A stretch of 64,000 nucleotides of DNA from Octopus vulgaris. Lineage: Eukaryota. The stretch is from the NCBI GenBank assembly GCA_951406725.2, contig OX597814.1, forward strand, positions 104,098,001-104,162,000, given 5' to 3'. A program made the translations under genes and the position numbers. This document shows, piece after piece, positions 51,009-64,000 of this stretch (positions within the stretch are counted from its first letter, which is position 1; each line of letters begins with the position of its first letter). The notes below the pieces were generated by a model that worked only from the letters and a program-made list of their open reading frames with translations, searched no databases and had not been told where the DNA came from.

Positions 51009-51755
51009 CCCATTAGCATTTAAACTAGTCCACATACCCAGCTCAAATATTCTACCTGTTTTATGTTCAAACTAGCCACATCTGGCCTCTCATACCTACC
51101 CTACAATGTTAGTCTAAACATAAACAATCACAATTCTATATTTAAGAGATGAGGAATTATGTACATTATTTACATTTGACAGATATTTGTCCTCACCTTG
51201 TTTGTTGTTAACACAATGTTTCGGCTGATATACTCTCCAGCCTCCGAACCTGTGTTCTCATTCATCATCATCATCATTTAACGTCCATTTTCCGTGCTAG
51301 CACGGGTTGGACGGTTTGACCGGGGTCTGGGAAGCCAGGAGGCTGCACCAGGCCCAGTCTGATCTGGCAGTATTTCTACAGCTGGATGCCCTTCCTAACG
51401 CCAATCACTCCGTGAGTGTATTGGGTGCTTTTTACGTGCCAGGGGAGGCTGGCAGCGGCCACGATCGGTTGGTGCTTTTTACATGCCACTGGCACAGAAG
51501 CCAGTCAAGGCTTCCTAAGGTATTTTTCAATGTTATTATTAATCAGGTCACTGCCTGGAATCAAAGTTAGTATCTTGGGGTTAGTAGCCCGTGCTCTTAA
51601 CCACTATGCCATATGCATGCGGACAATTATGGAGTGAATTTTAGGGCTTATAAATCTAATATTTTCCTATCCTTCCTTAATACCACTTCCCAGGTGACTG
51701 TTGTGTCCTAACATATAAGCATTACATTTGACAGCGTCATCCAAATGCTAAAAGT
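51009..51755 (-). mobile_element. Triple-nested insertion: TTAA MITE containing a tRNA-headed repeat containing a family B element
   Basis: MITE halves lie at 51009-51135 and 51715-51755. The tRNA-like head (reverse complement gcatatggcatagtggttaagagc...ttgattccaggc) is at 51546-51615, and the family B copy is at 51263-51510. Confidence 0.65.
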
Positions 51756-52916
51756 TTAGATTTATTGTTTCTCTTCTGATGTAGTTGTTTTGTTGTTGAC
51801 AATTGTGTGACCCCTTGAGTGTAAAAGGAAGTTTACAGGGTCTCAGCTGACCTGCTAAAATTAGTAGCCAAATCCTCCTAAAATCATACTGGTGCATTTT
51901 GCAAAAGGAAGGATTTGCTGAGTAATGTAAACTTTGGTTGATTGTCATAGTTGGAATGTCTTTGTTCATAGGATTACATTATCCTTAGTGTTGTTACCAG
52001 AGTGACCAGTGGCCAGTTTTGTCACCCAGATGACCAATATTCAGAGACCAGTTTGCCATATCTTTCACCAGATGCATAATTTTACTCCTGGTTGGACACA
52101 AGTACACAAACACACACACATGACAAACTTTTTTCAGTTTCCATCTACCCAATCCATTCACAAAGCTTTGGTCAGCTCTGGGCTATTGTAGAAGATACTT
52201 CCCAAAGGTACCATACAGTGGGACTGAACCTGGATCAATGTAGTTGGGAAGCAAGCTTCTTGCCACCCAGTCATGCTTGTGCTTATAGGCTTAGCTTTGA
52301 AAGCATTTTCAAAACAAAAACATTGAGAAAAATCCAAGAAGTCAAAAGAAGAGGCTGGATGAAAAATAGATTATAGAAAGTTGTTTTTATCAATAGAAAT
52401 CAAGAAAAATTAAAAGATGAATGGAGGAGATAGGTTGTTGTACAAACTCAGTTAACCCTTGACTTTTGGTGCTGATGAAAGTACAATAATTCCTGAAACA
52501 TGCATATACATGCATTACCTATTTTGTCTATCTTCGATTGCATTGTTTACATAAACATATTCATATACAAAATGTAACTTTCTGTGCTGGCACTGAATTC
52601 TATAGAAAATCTGTGAAGATAAACTTTAAAATGTTTTATTGTGTTATTGAGACAATCTACAGCTCTTGGCTGTAATCCTATTTTTGCCATAGTGTGCTTT
52701 TAAGTCAAATTATTACTTTATAATTACCACACATTCTAAAAGAGAAAATGAACTTATGAATGAAGATATAAAACTAATTTCTTTTGTTTATTTTAGTCTC
52801 CAGTTCCAACCTGGTGCACTAGTACTTAATTTTGCCTGTTTCTGTGTTTCTGTCAGTATTTCTTATATTTTGGGGTATTTTTTGGGCACCCAGTTCATAA
52901 CTCCATACAATCTCTT

Positions 52917-52967
<51 letters not shown>

Positions 52968-55900
52968 CAGCACATCAGCTGTTGACACATGACTGTAGTA
53001 GTAGTGGTGGTGTCTCTTACTATAGAATAGCAAACCTTTGAAATTTATGTCAGCCTAGAAAAGGCAGACAAATAAATAAATAAATAAACAAAGAATGGAT
53101 TTCTCATTTGTGTCTAACATAGAATTTACCTTTGATAGGTTTGTTTTCTTTTTCTTGTCTTTGTAAGAGGAAACAGTCGGTGGTGGTCAGGTGAGGAGTG
53201 GTGCTGTCTTCTGTTGAAGAATAATTTTTTTATGGAAAATTTAACAGAATAAAAACAAAAACTGAAGATCAGTTAGTTTTGAAATGACAAAACTTTTATC
53301 CTAAAAAGCTGAACATCAAACTTGTCATATTTGATGTGGTGTTTTGGTAGAATTGACCTTGAATAAAATCTTCTGGTGTTTATATTAATGTTAACTAACA
53401 AGATAAAATAATGCACACACAACAAGATGAGGTTTCTAGTTCACAGTGTTTATAACTTATTGCCATTCTTTTGTTGCTGTTCACTGTTGAAATCTAGTTT
53501 TTACCATGAAATATAGAATTAAAAGGAAAAATCTACACCTGATGTAAAGAATTGTTGAAATGTTGGATCTTGTTAAATTTTTCCCAACCACTCGAAGCAT
53601 TTCAAATTTCATCTGATTATTTTCATAGAATATAGTTTTGCATGCTGATGACATAAATTGCATTCATTTTTTTTTTCTAGAAATTAAGATTAAATAATTT
53701 ACATAAGTGTAGAAAATTTGAAAAAAAGTCTGGTGAACTTCAAGTGGTCGGAAGAAATTTAACAAGATCTGAAATTTCTTACATGATGTTTCCTAAAACA
53801 GCTGCATAGAACATTTCTTCAGGGAAGAAATGTTTATTAAACTTATGGTTTATTATTGAGTTCTCTCTCTTCCTCTTTCTCTCTCTCTTCCTCTTTCTCT
53901 CTCTCTCTCTCTCCCTCTCACAAACACTCTTAATAACTTGGAGCAATTACTCTGTTGTTAATGCTACCGATTCTTTTGAAATTGTTGTCCATCAGTGCTT
54001 GGTACAATATCCAAATACATATTTGGTATTGTTAAGTGTTCATAGAACTCTGGAGAATTACATGGATTCAATGTGCTGTAATTACGTTTGTTTGGTACCA
54101 GAGGGTAACAGAAGCATTTTGATATAATGAGGAATGGCTGAAGTGCACGGTAATTATTTATAAATAAGATGGACTTGTAGCAAAAGCTAGTTAATGCTAT
54201 GGAGTTCATTTGATAGATGTAGATGGAGCCACCATAGGGCATTCAGTTGGGATAACGACTCTTATTACATGCTAAGTCTTTTATAACTTATTCTATTACA
54301 CGCGCATATAATATTTCTGCAGTTTCAATTTTCCCCATTGCTAAGAACCTACACACTTTAGTGTACATTTGGTTGGTGAATAAACAGTCAGTCAGGCAGG
54401 CAGGCATGCAGGCTGGGTGGCTGGCTGGCTGGCAGGACTAGCTAACAGATAATGAAAGCAAAAACGAACAGGGGGCGAGTGAGGTGGGGGTGGATGAAAG
54501 AAAGAGAAGAAAAAAATCTTTTTAAGTGGAAAATTGAGGAAGTTACATCCTGCTCTTATTAAATACATGTATGCGATATCATTATCTTTTTTTATACTGC
54601 AGTTGACAGAATGAACTTGAAGCCATTGTGTCCCCCCCCCCCAACCTCTAGCCCCTCAGGGTGAAGTAGATGAGTTCCTGTTGAGTGACCTCTGTCTTAA
54701 ACTACTGTAAACTTCAGTTAGGAGAGAAACTGTGAGTAGCTGAAAAGACAGCCGAAACCAACACAAACTGCATAGAATGAGTAATAGCAGCAATTGATAG
54801 GAATGTTAGATTCATCTTCCTAATATGAGTAAGAAACGGTTTAAGGTGCATTTTAAGTTGTAGTTGATGAAACACAACTGTGAAGAGCTGTGTTCATCAT
54901 AGGTTTTCAAAGCAGTTAAACTAGTTTTTAGTCTTAATTTTCATCAATGCAGTTCATTTTGAGTATTTTAAAACTCTGCATAAGAATCTTTGACATTTTA
55001 AAAACTATTTTTACCTCAAAAGACTCCCCCAAAACCCAAAGAATGTTGCTGCTAAATTTTACAGTATTTCATAAGAACACCAGATTTCAAGAGCACATTC
55101 TGTCTCTTCCCTGAAAGTATTGTTTTGCTGGTCCCATGTGAAATGCACCTAGCTGGCATTAGGAAGGGCATCCAGCTGTAAAAATCATGCCAATACGAAC
55201 ACTGGAGCTTGGTGCAGCTCTCCAGCCTTGCCGTCTCCTATCAAACTGTCCAACCCATACCAGCATAGAAAAGAGACATTAAATGATGATGATGGTTTTC
55301 CCTGCTGGCATGGGCTGATATAAGTCATCACAATTCAAGTTATTTCTTATTGGGAGCTGCTACTAGCGTTAACTTTACAGCTTGTATGTGTTGGGTAAAT
55401 GAGGGGGGTGTAAGACTGTAAATGTAGAGAGTACTCAATAATGGGTACATTTGGTCAGGTGACCAGGGAGGAGCAGAATGAGTGGAAGAGTAGAAGAGGC
55501 AGGAGTATGATGGCCGGAAGGTGGGGGAGGCAAGATTATTTGGGGGTAGAGTCAGGAAGGGAGTAACTGTTAATAGCAGACATGGACAAAAGTAAGAGTG
55601 GTTGAAGAAATGAAGGTAAGAATAGGTGATGAGTGTTACAGAGGTGGCTCAGAGCTGAGTGAGTAATGACTTGCAGTTCAGCTGGACAAAACTAGGGTGT
55701 ATTGGGAAGGAAGATAAGGTGGGATGTCCTCTACAGTCATGCAGCAAGTTCAATGCTATTTTTTATATACTCTCCCTGATTTAGATAGATTATGTAATTA
55801 GCACCTTCTAATGAGGCAAATATGGTAATGAACTTTAATAAAGTTTCCATTGAAATCTGTTTAGTTTTTAGTTTTAATATAAAATATCTCAAGTATAAAT

Positions 55901-58528
55901 CTTGTATATTTTAGCACCATCCACTTCAATTTCTTGTAGCTTTGTGTTGTTCATATTTGTTGTATTTGTTAGTTCTGCTAGTTTAGAATGTTTACCTCCA
56001 TTATTGGAATCAAGGATTTCTTCTAGGCACTCAAAATTTCTACTTCCCACTCAATGATAGAATGAAAGCTATTTTGACAAAAGTCAGTGTAAAGTTTTAA
56101 TGAGGTGGTTGTACTGTCATTAACAAGCTGTTTAAACTAATTATCTTAGTTAATAGTCTGCAACAATAGCTTAGCCATCACTCGCAAACGAATATGACCT
56201 GTGAGCTTGTACCCCACTTTCACTAATGGTATTTGGTACTTCTGTAGACAGACATTCTCTCAGCCTTCCCATCTTTGGGCCAGCCCCATCTTTGGTAAAA
56301 CTTATCACCACTAGTCTGGTATTCAATAACAGCTAAGTAGACTAGAGCAAAAATGTCTGGTTCAAGGACACAATGCACAACCCTGTCCTGGAATTGAACT
56401 CTCAACCTCACGCTTTATGAGTGAGGCCAGTATTGAAATGATTAGACCACATGCTTTCATTATAAAAACAAACTCACAAAACTGTAGCCCAGGGACCAGT
56501 ATTAATCTGTGAGACACCTTGAACTGATTTATGGAACATATAAGTAATGGTCCATGAGATGTACACTTAGTGGCACATGTAGTGATCTATGGGGCACATG
56601 CAGCAGTCATGAAGTACATATGGTGGCCATGGAACATATATGGTATGTGGAGGATGGTGCCATCCCATCACCCAGTTGATAATTTAACTAATAATGACCC
56701 CCTACCTTTGCTTCTGTAAATTTTTGAGGAACAGCACACCAACACAGGTTGTCAAGATCTCCCTCCTTTGAAGAATGTGCACCGAAATGTCTTGGAATAG
56801 GAATTTGACAATCTAGACTTCTTGGAGAACATTAACCCTTTAGTATTCAGATTACTCTGATGAATATAATACTTATTTGTTCTGATTTAATCTGTAATAA
56901 TCCAATAACTTTGAGATTTTGAATAACAATGTAGAGAGGTCAGGTCTGGGTAGTCTATAATATAAATTGGACATGGGTGATCATTGTATTCTTTCTTGTC
57001 TTGAGGTTCACAGCCAAACGGCTGGGTGGATTCATGTGAGAAATGGCACACATAAGGAGACGGGTGCATAGATTGGAATGCAGTTTGTATTTTTTCCCCT
57101 AGCCCCCATACTTACCGAGAAAATCAATTAAAACTATTTCTAATGGAATTCCCCTCTTTCTTCTGCCATTAAAACAACCAGTTGCTTAGAAGCTGTTTTT
57201 TGACGGGGTGGGGCCAGGAAATTTTCATACAGCTGGAGGCTCCACTCGAAACAGGGGACCCGAAATGATAAGGTTGAGAAATGCTGTTATAGATTATACC
57301 TGACCGAAAACGAGCATAGCCACATCATCCAAACAGACCGGGTGAAACTGGGCTTAGCTGCTAGTTTGAATATAAAACAGAATATTTTGGCCAGTTTCAA
57401 AGCTGAAAGGTTAAAATGCAGATATCACACTTAAAATACAAACTTCAATATTCAGCACCATGTTCACTCCCCAAAAAGGAATTAGATTTCTTGTTTCTTT
57501 GATTGGTACCTCTTTCTTCAAGAAGTTTTTTGAGTCATGTTGTTCCATTTCCAAGTTGATAATTTCTTCATTTCACTCATGAACTGCAAAAATTTCTGTT
57601 TCTTTAAAGACTCGCCTAATTAACTTTATAGCTTCAAGATTCCACTGGTGTGTTTAAATATTTTTAGAATAACATTGTATGGTAGGTGTGAGAGGCTGGA
57701 TCTGGTTAGTTTGAACATAAAACAAGGTAGAATATTTGGGTTGGATATGACCAGATTAAATGCTGTTTTTCTTGCCATAATTCTGGTTTTGCTAAGGAGT
57801 TAAAACCCCTGCAAGCACGTTGTCCTTACTCGTATAATTTTGCCCACATATGATAATTAAATCTTACAATCCTTCATTACTGCAGGGGATTTTTATCTTC
57901 TTTCAGTTGAATGAATTGACCCCAGGACTTTTTTTCTATTGTAATGCCTGGTACTTATTCCATTAGTCTCTTTTGCCAATCTAACTTGTGGGGACATAAA
58001 CACACCTTCACAGACTCCACAACACACACACACACACACACACACACATATGACAGGCTTCTTTCAGTTTCTATCTACCATATCCACTCTCATGGCATTG
58101 GTTGGCCCAAAGCTATATAGACAGCACTTTCCCAAGATGTCATACAGTGGGACTGAACCCAGAACCATGTGGTTGGGAAGCAAACTTCTTACCTCACAGC
58201 CATACCTGTGCATAGAATGGTTTAAAATTGTTCACCTTCTTGCTAAATATTCTTCTGTTGCATTGTTTCCTTTTGAAATTTCAAATCTGTGCTCAGTTAT
58301 TTTCTCCAGAACCTCAAGAACTCAACAATGGGTGCTAGTTATATAAATGTTGTGCTAGTTTTGTAATTTAGCATTTCTTAAATACCATTTCACCCCTCTC
58401 CCGTTCCCTTCTTCCTAAAAGTAAGAATTCTGCTTTTCAAATTTTATGTATTTGGGGATTTTTGTGGCTCAACAAACTCTTTGACTCATTTGTTCATAAT
58501 TTATAGCCAGGTTCACTTGACACACAGA

Positions 58529-58758
58529 AGGTGGCGAGCTGGTAGAAATGTTAGCATGCCGGGCGAAATGCTGAGTGGTATTTCGTCTGCGGTTACGTTC
58601 TGAGTTCAAATTCCACCAAGGTCGACTTTGCCTTTCATCCTTTTGGGGTCGATAAATTAAGTACCAGTTACGCACTGGGTCAATATAATCGACTTAATAC
58701 CTATGTATGTCCTTGTTTGTCCTCTCAGTGTTTAGCCCTTTGTGGGTAGTAAAGAAAT
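58529..58758 (+). mobile_element. SINE family C with perfect 20-bp TSD
   Basis: aggttcacttgacacacaga occurs at 58509-58528 and 58759-58778. Confidence 0.9.
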
Positions 58759-60559
58759 AGGTTCACTTGACACACAGACATTATACAAAGTACTTCATAT
58801 GTGAAGGAGGTGGTATGTGTGTAGGGAGGGATGGGGAGGAGGTGAGTTGGTCAATGTATCTTTGATCTAAAAAGCAGTAGATTTAAAATTTTTTCTTCTT
58901 TGATAATATTCCTCTTCTTTGAATTTTTTCCACTTTACTTTCGCAGCTGAATGTTCTCTTTCAGTGGTGAAATGTATTTGTTATGATATTTGTTGTTGGA
59001 AAGGAAATAATTTTCAACAAAAAGAGAAAGAAAAGTTGGTATTTGTTTAAAACATGACTGTTTGACAGCCTTTCATGCAAACACCCTCCTTTTTTTTCTT
59101 TTTTTTTTCTTTTTTTTAAGCTTCCTGACCGAAATACATTTTAGACTTTCTGTTTCTCTTCTGTCAAATAATATATATCATACTGTCGTTGTTTACTGAA
59201 AACATGCGTTTTCCAAAGTTTCTTATTTGTATATAACTGTGCACCGCTTGTTTAGCTTAACGAATAACCACAGAGAGTTTTCTGTAAACAACATTTTAAA
59301 ATTAATCAAAATTTGCCTCTTAATTCGAGAAGTTTGCCAATGTCTAGAAGGTTCTGTGGTTGGATATATTTTTAGTATAATCAGTGGAAGATTATTAGGT
59401 CTAAAGTAGATTTATCCTGGGTAGATGATAGCATGGATTTACTAAATGTAACCTTACACATGCACACACACACACTGTAATGTATCAGCCAATATTCACA
59501 CCAAAAGCTCTTTCTAAGGATTAATCTCAGATTGGTCTTATTCTGTCGAGCTTTGAGATTAGTCTTAATAAATTTCCCTTCTTTTTGTGGATTAAAATAG
59601 ATTTTCTCTGGAAGTTTGAGCCAAGATATCATTATTCAAAACTTGACAGTAATGTCTACACAATACTGATAGTTCAGTTTTTCTTTTAAGATCCATCTGG
59701 CTGACTTTCTCTGAGTCAATAAGGAATTCTTACAAAATGTTACTTGAAAAACCATTTCACAGAATATCACTGTTATTCAATACAGACATTATCAGCTTTA
59801 TTTGAATTCATTGATAAGCTATAGAAAAGTAATCCTGACTTATCCCTCACATTAGTGGAACGCTTGAATCTGGAATTCCTGTTCCTGACGCTTGAATATA
59901 TATATATATATATGTGGACAGTTTTCTGTTTTGTCTCAGATAGACTTGTCCATATGTAACAGATTGGCCAAGTTATATTTTGTAATCTCCTCATTGGATT
60001 CTATAAAATCAAGAGGCATGGCTGTATGGTAAGAAATTTGCTTCCCAACCATATGGTTCTGGGTTCAGTCTCATTACATGGCACCTTGGCAATAGCCTAG
60101 GGCTGACCAAAGCCTTGCGAGTAGATTTGTTAGAAGAAAACTGAAGGAATACAGTTGTGTATATATGTGTGTATGCAAGTGTGTGTCTTTGTCACCCACC
60201 ATTACTTAACAGCCAGTGTTAGTATGTCTATGTCCCCGTAACCTAGTGGTTTGGCAAAAGAGAGTGATAGAGTAAGTACCAGGCTTAAACAAAAAAAGTA
60301 CTAATAATTCTTCAAGGTGGTGCCCCAGCATGGCCACAGTCTAATAACTGAAACAAGTAAAGAAACAAAATAGAAAAGATAAAAGATTTATCTTCTGCTG
60401 TTGTTATTGAATCTCTGTAACAGCTGAAGTTTAGAGAAATACTGAAAAGCTAGAAATTTGTGCAAGCCACAAGAGCTGCATAACAGTGTGTTTTGGGAGC
60501 AGTGGTGGTCCTTGCTCCTTATGGCTGATCTACAGGGAAGCTCCCTCCCTTAAATATGT

Positions 60560-61880
60560 TTCAAGTTCATCAACACTTGCCAAACGATTTCCTCTATTTT
60601 TTTGGAACATTCATGGATTCTGTCCCCATCATTTAAAAACACTCAAAAACAATCCATGAATTTTGTTTCTCTCTTTTACTTTTCCACTCCGAAAGATGGA
60701 GTCTTCTATCTTTCACCTCTTACTTGGAAATCAACAACAAGGACTTCCAATTACTCTGGTTCCAGTCCTACATCCCTCACACCGACTACATAACCACATT
60801 TGCTGCTCTTGGTACTCTGCAATCATTTATTGAGGACAACATCTGCTCTTCTTCCTTTGAAAGGCATTGTTCTCACTGTTCTCCTTCTTTTCTCTCAATC
60901 TCCTCCCATGTTGTTGAGGCTGTTCTTTTCTTATGTGTTACCCTCTGCAAGAACCTCTATCCTCCTCTATACACACTCCATTTACTCTTCATCTCTCTCT
61001 CTCTTCTGCCTCTCTACCTTTCATTTGACCGACTGTTAAATCCACACTCTACCCAATGATGTCACCATTTTCTCTGATTCTTACTAATTCATGCCAGCCA
61101 TTTGTTGGAACATTGGCCAGAAATTACTTTAACTCATTTATTTTGGTTTCTGATCCCATTAGTCCCTTCTAAGTAGGTGATCCAGATGTTTTCCTCTTGA
61201 GCATATCTGTCCATTTTCCCCCACAGCATCAAAGCCCATAATGCTAAATCAATGAAATGCTTCACACTTGGTTGTCAGAGAAAGAGCATTATGGCAGTAG
61301 AGACCAATATTGAAGAAGCGTGGCCTTCTTGGATAGAGACTTTGGCAACATGACACTTTCCTTCAACAACACAATCACTACACACCTGAAAGAAATGGTT
61401 TTGTCCCTCATCTCCTTCTCTAGTCTTGGAGAACATGAAACTAAAATCTTTTAAAAAATCACCAAATATTAAACCTCCAATCATTGATATTTTCTCCTGA
61501 TGATATCATCACTGTGCCAATGACTTGTCTACTTCTTCAGAGTTAGGAACTATCCCAAACCTAAACAGCTCCTTTCTGTCTACAAAGTTCAAATGACCCT
61601 CACTATTGAATACTGCTTCCATATATTGAACATTGCTGTTGCTTCATACAAAACCTTTTGGGTTGCATCCAAAAGATGGCCATCCAGTTGACTGGCAAGG
61701 ACCCATTCACCAACACACTCCATTCTCTAGACCATGGATGTGATGTCTCCCCTCCCAGGGCCCTTGCTAACCACAGTCCTCACTCTTCTCTCTACACTGC
61801 CTCAACCCTTCCCACTCACATCATCATCTCTCAGCTGTTCATCCTGAACACCAACCTAACCCTAATTTATTGAAATAAAG
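60560..61880 (+). mobile_element. Possible very old CR1/Jockey-group LINE remnant
   Basis: C-rich composition and scattered fragments such as LEINNKDFQLLW and KSPNIKPPI. No intact motif is visible. Confidence 0.3.
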
Positions 61881-62918
61881 GTAGCTTATTTCACTTGAAA
61901 TATGGCAGCAAAAGGCTTAATATTTCAAAGTTAGTATTATACAAGAACATTCTGGTCTCATCCAATCTTTCAAGTTTTCCATTGGTCATTCTAGTTTCTG
62001 AGTTCCCACCATTTCACCCCCTCCACACCTCCACCACAACCACCACCACTGGCAACAAACTCTAAATGTATCTGTCGACTGAAGCATGTATTACTCTTTC
62101 TAATTACACCACTGACTAATTACAGAGTAGCCTTTAAAGGTCTCTGTTTTAATTATCCCTCTCCTAAAAAAATAAGGAACAGAACAATGACCGTGTTGGA
62201 TGTCTTTTAACAGTGGCGGATCGGCTTATCTACATTCAAACATCCCTGGCCAACCATCTGCGACTAGAGTACAATGACCCCCCCCCCCCCCCACTCATCT
62301 ACCTCCTAAAAGACACTGTTTCCTTAGCCAGGAAATTATGATCAAAGAATGAAGAAATGTCAGGTAGATGCTTGTCTTTTCCTGTTCCAAACATAAGAAC
62401 CACAATTCCATAAACAATACATTTTTTTACTTCTTTCTTTCCAAAGTTTGACTTCTTTCTTGTTAAGTTGTAAATTCAATCATGTTTGTTTTTTTTTTGT
62501 TTTTTTAATTTCATTTGTGGGAGTGGTTAAACTTGGTGGCTACTTGAATGTCATTGAAACGGAAAATGTCAACAGGGTTAATTAGCAGGGCAATGGAATC
62601 TGATTTTATGGAAGAAAAGATTTTTACCTAAGTTCTTGGATTTAATGTTTGGTGCAGACCTGGAATGTGATTGTTTTATTGTGATTGTTTTATTGTGATT
62701 GGTATTGGAAATGGTGTGAGATTTGTTAATTTTGCATTGTTTCTTTCTCATTTGTAAAAAAATGCAAACACAAATATATTTGAATGTGTAGAGATACATC
62801 TCAGTAATGTGGAGGCACAGAGCATGGCTGTGGGGTTGACTTATTTAATCACTGGCATGGTTATGTGGTTAAGAAGTGTGTTAGCAAATCTCTGTCCTGA
62901 TTGTGTATGCATGTGTAA

Positions 62919-63289
62919 TCTCTCTATATATATAAACAGCAAAATGTCTGTCTGTGTGTGTGTCCTTTATACAAATCCACAATTTTTCAGTTAGAGGGCT
63001 CGCACTTTCTATGGTCATTCAAAACCGTCCAAGGGTGGTCGTGCACATCTTTACATTTCCCTAGTCACCCCGCAAAGCCATTAAAAAATCAATAGAAGTG
63101 ACTTTTTTGTGAATTTTCTATCCAAAACCCAATCAAAATGCCCGAAACTTGATACTCCAATTGAATGCCAGCTAGCTGTATGGTGATTGGTTGGAGATTT
63201 GGACAGTACTCGCGTGTATGTGCGCATGCATGCAGATGTGTATGCATGCACTAGGACTATGACCTGGCGTTGCCGGGTCATAGTGCTAG
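62919..63289 (+). mobile_element. Non-autonomous Helitron (different subfamily)
   Basis: A|TCTCTCTATATATATAAA start, long subterminal hairpin actatgacctggc-gtt-gccgggtcatagt, CTAG|T end. Confidence 0.85.
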
Positions 63290-63527
63290 TCATATATAAA
63301 TAGTCATATCTACAGCATTACTTACCAATCAGACTGCTTTACTACAGAAAATCCATAACAGGAAAAAAACCCAACAATGAATGAATGCTGTTCAAAACGA
63401 CAGGAAAATATTTCTGTCAGAAACTGAATGCATTTTTCTTTTGCAATTTACAATCAATCAGATATTTAGACAGAAGAGGAAATTTCTTGGATTAACCTAT
63501 GACAGAAAAAGAAGTTTCTTGGATTAA

Positions 63528-63744
63528 CCCATGAGCATTCAAATTATTCTGTCAAATGTAATATTTATTTATTCATATTATTTTGCACTAAGCACATATC
63601 ATCTTGTAGCTTTAAGGTTTTGATGATGTGATTGTTCTTTTGAGTAACATTGTAAAGTAGGAGTGAAAGGATGGATCTGTGCAGTTTGAGCATAAAACTG
63701 GTTGAATATTTGGGCTGGATGTGGCAAGTCTAAATGCTAAAGGG
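63528..63744 (+). mobile_element. TTAA MITE family 2 (piggyBac-like), complete
   Basis: TTAA|CCCATGAGCATT ... AATGCTAAAGGG|TTAA. Partial or interrupted copies lie at about 56836-57410 and 57620-57765. Confidence 0.75.
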
Positions 63745-64000
63745 TTAAAATTTATACAAAGATTAACAATTTAAGAACCCTAAAAGCACAGACTATTATA
63801 ATGGTCCTATGGTCTTTGAAATATAATTAGTAAATATTATAAGTGGAGAGATGATGATGATGATCTGAAAATTCTTAAGTGTTTGTTTATTATTTAATTT
63901 TTTTTTTAAACGTACTTTCTCTCACACACATGTCCCCCTTCTGACACACACACACACACACATGCTCCCCCCTCTGACACACACACACACACATTCCCCC

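Larger units (their letters stand above)
23171..64000 (+). other. Probable ERK intron 1 (at least 40.8 kb, continues beyond window)
   Basis: It starts with gtaagt. I found no sequence encoding the expected next residues (SA.D...[22 protein letters not shown]) downstream by eye. Confidence 0.65.

Overview
This is repeat-rich, AT-rich animal genomic DNA. The SINE, RTE and microsatellite landscape strongly suggests a coleoid cephalopod such as Octopus (inferred, not database-checked). The only host protein-coding sequence I can support is the first coding exon of an ERK1/2-type MAP kinase (23052-23170, + strand, [40 protein letters not shown]|gtaagt), which is too short for the ORF track. Exon 2 is not in the window, so about 41 kb downstream is probably intron 1. 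The remainder is a layered transposon graveyard: a decayed full-length Tigger/pogo element, RTE LINE remnants of two families, a Penelope-like RT remnant, an R4/Dong-like 3' end, several tRNA-derived SINE families, three non-autonomous Helitrons, TTAA MITEs and long microsatellites. The most interesting signals are: (1) type I hammerhead-ribozyme motifs with palindromic stem III in Penelope-like fold-back repeats, one with a complete core at 7961-8021 and one on the sense strand of the ERK intron paired with its own antisense arm; (2) a second CpG-retaining island at about 39-43 kb inside the ERK intron; (3) near-perfect hairpins near exon 1; (4) a nascent satellite built from an RTE 3'UTR. 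Nearly all long ORFs in the track are microsatellite or TE artefacts.
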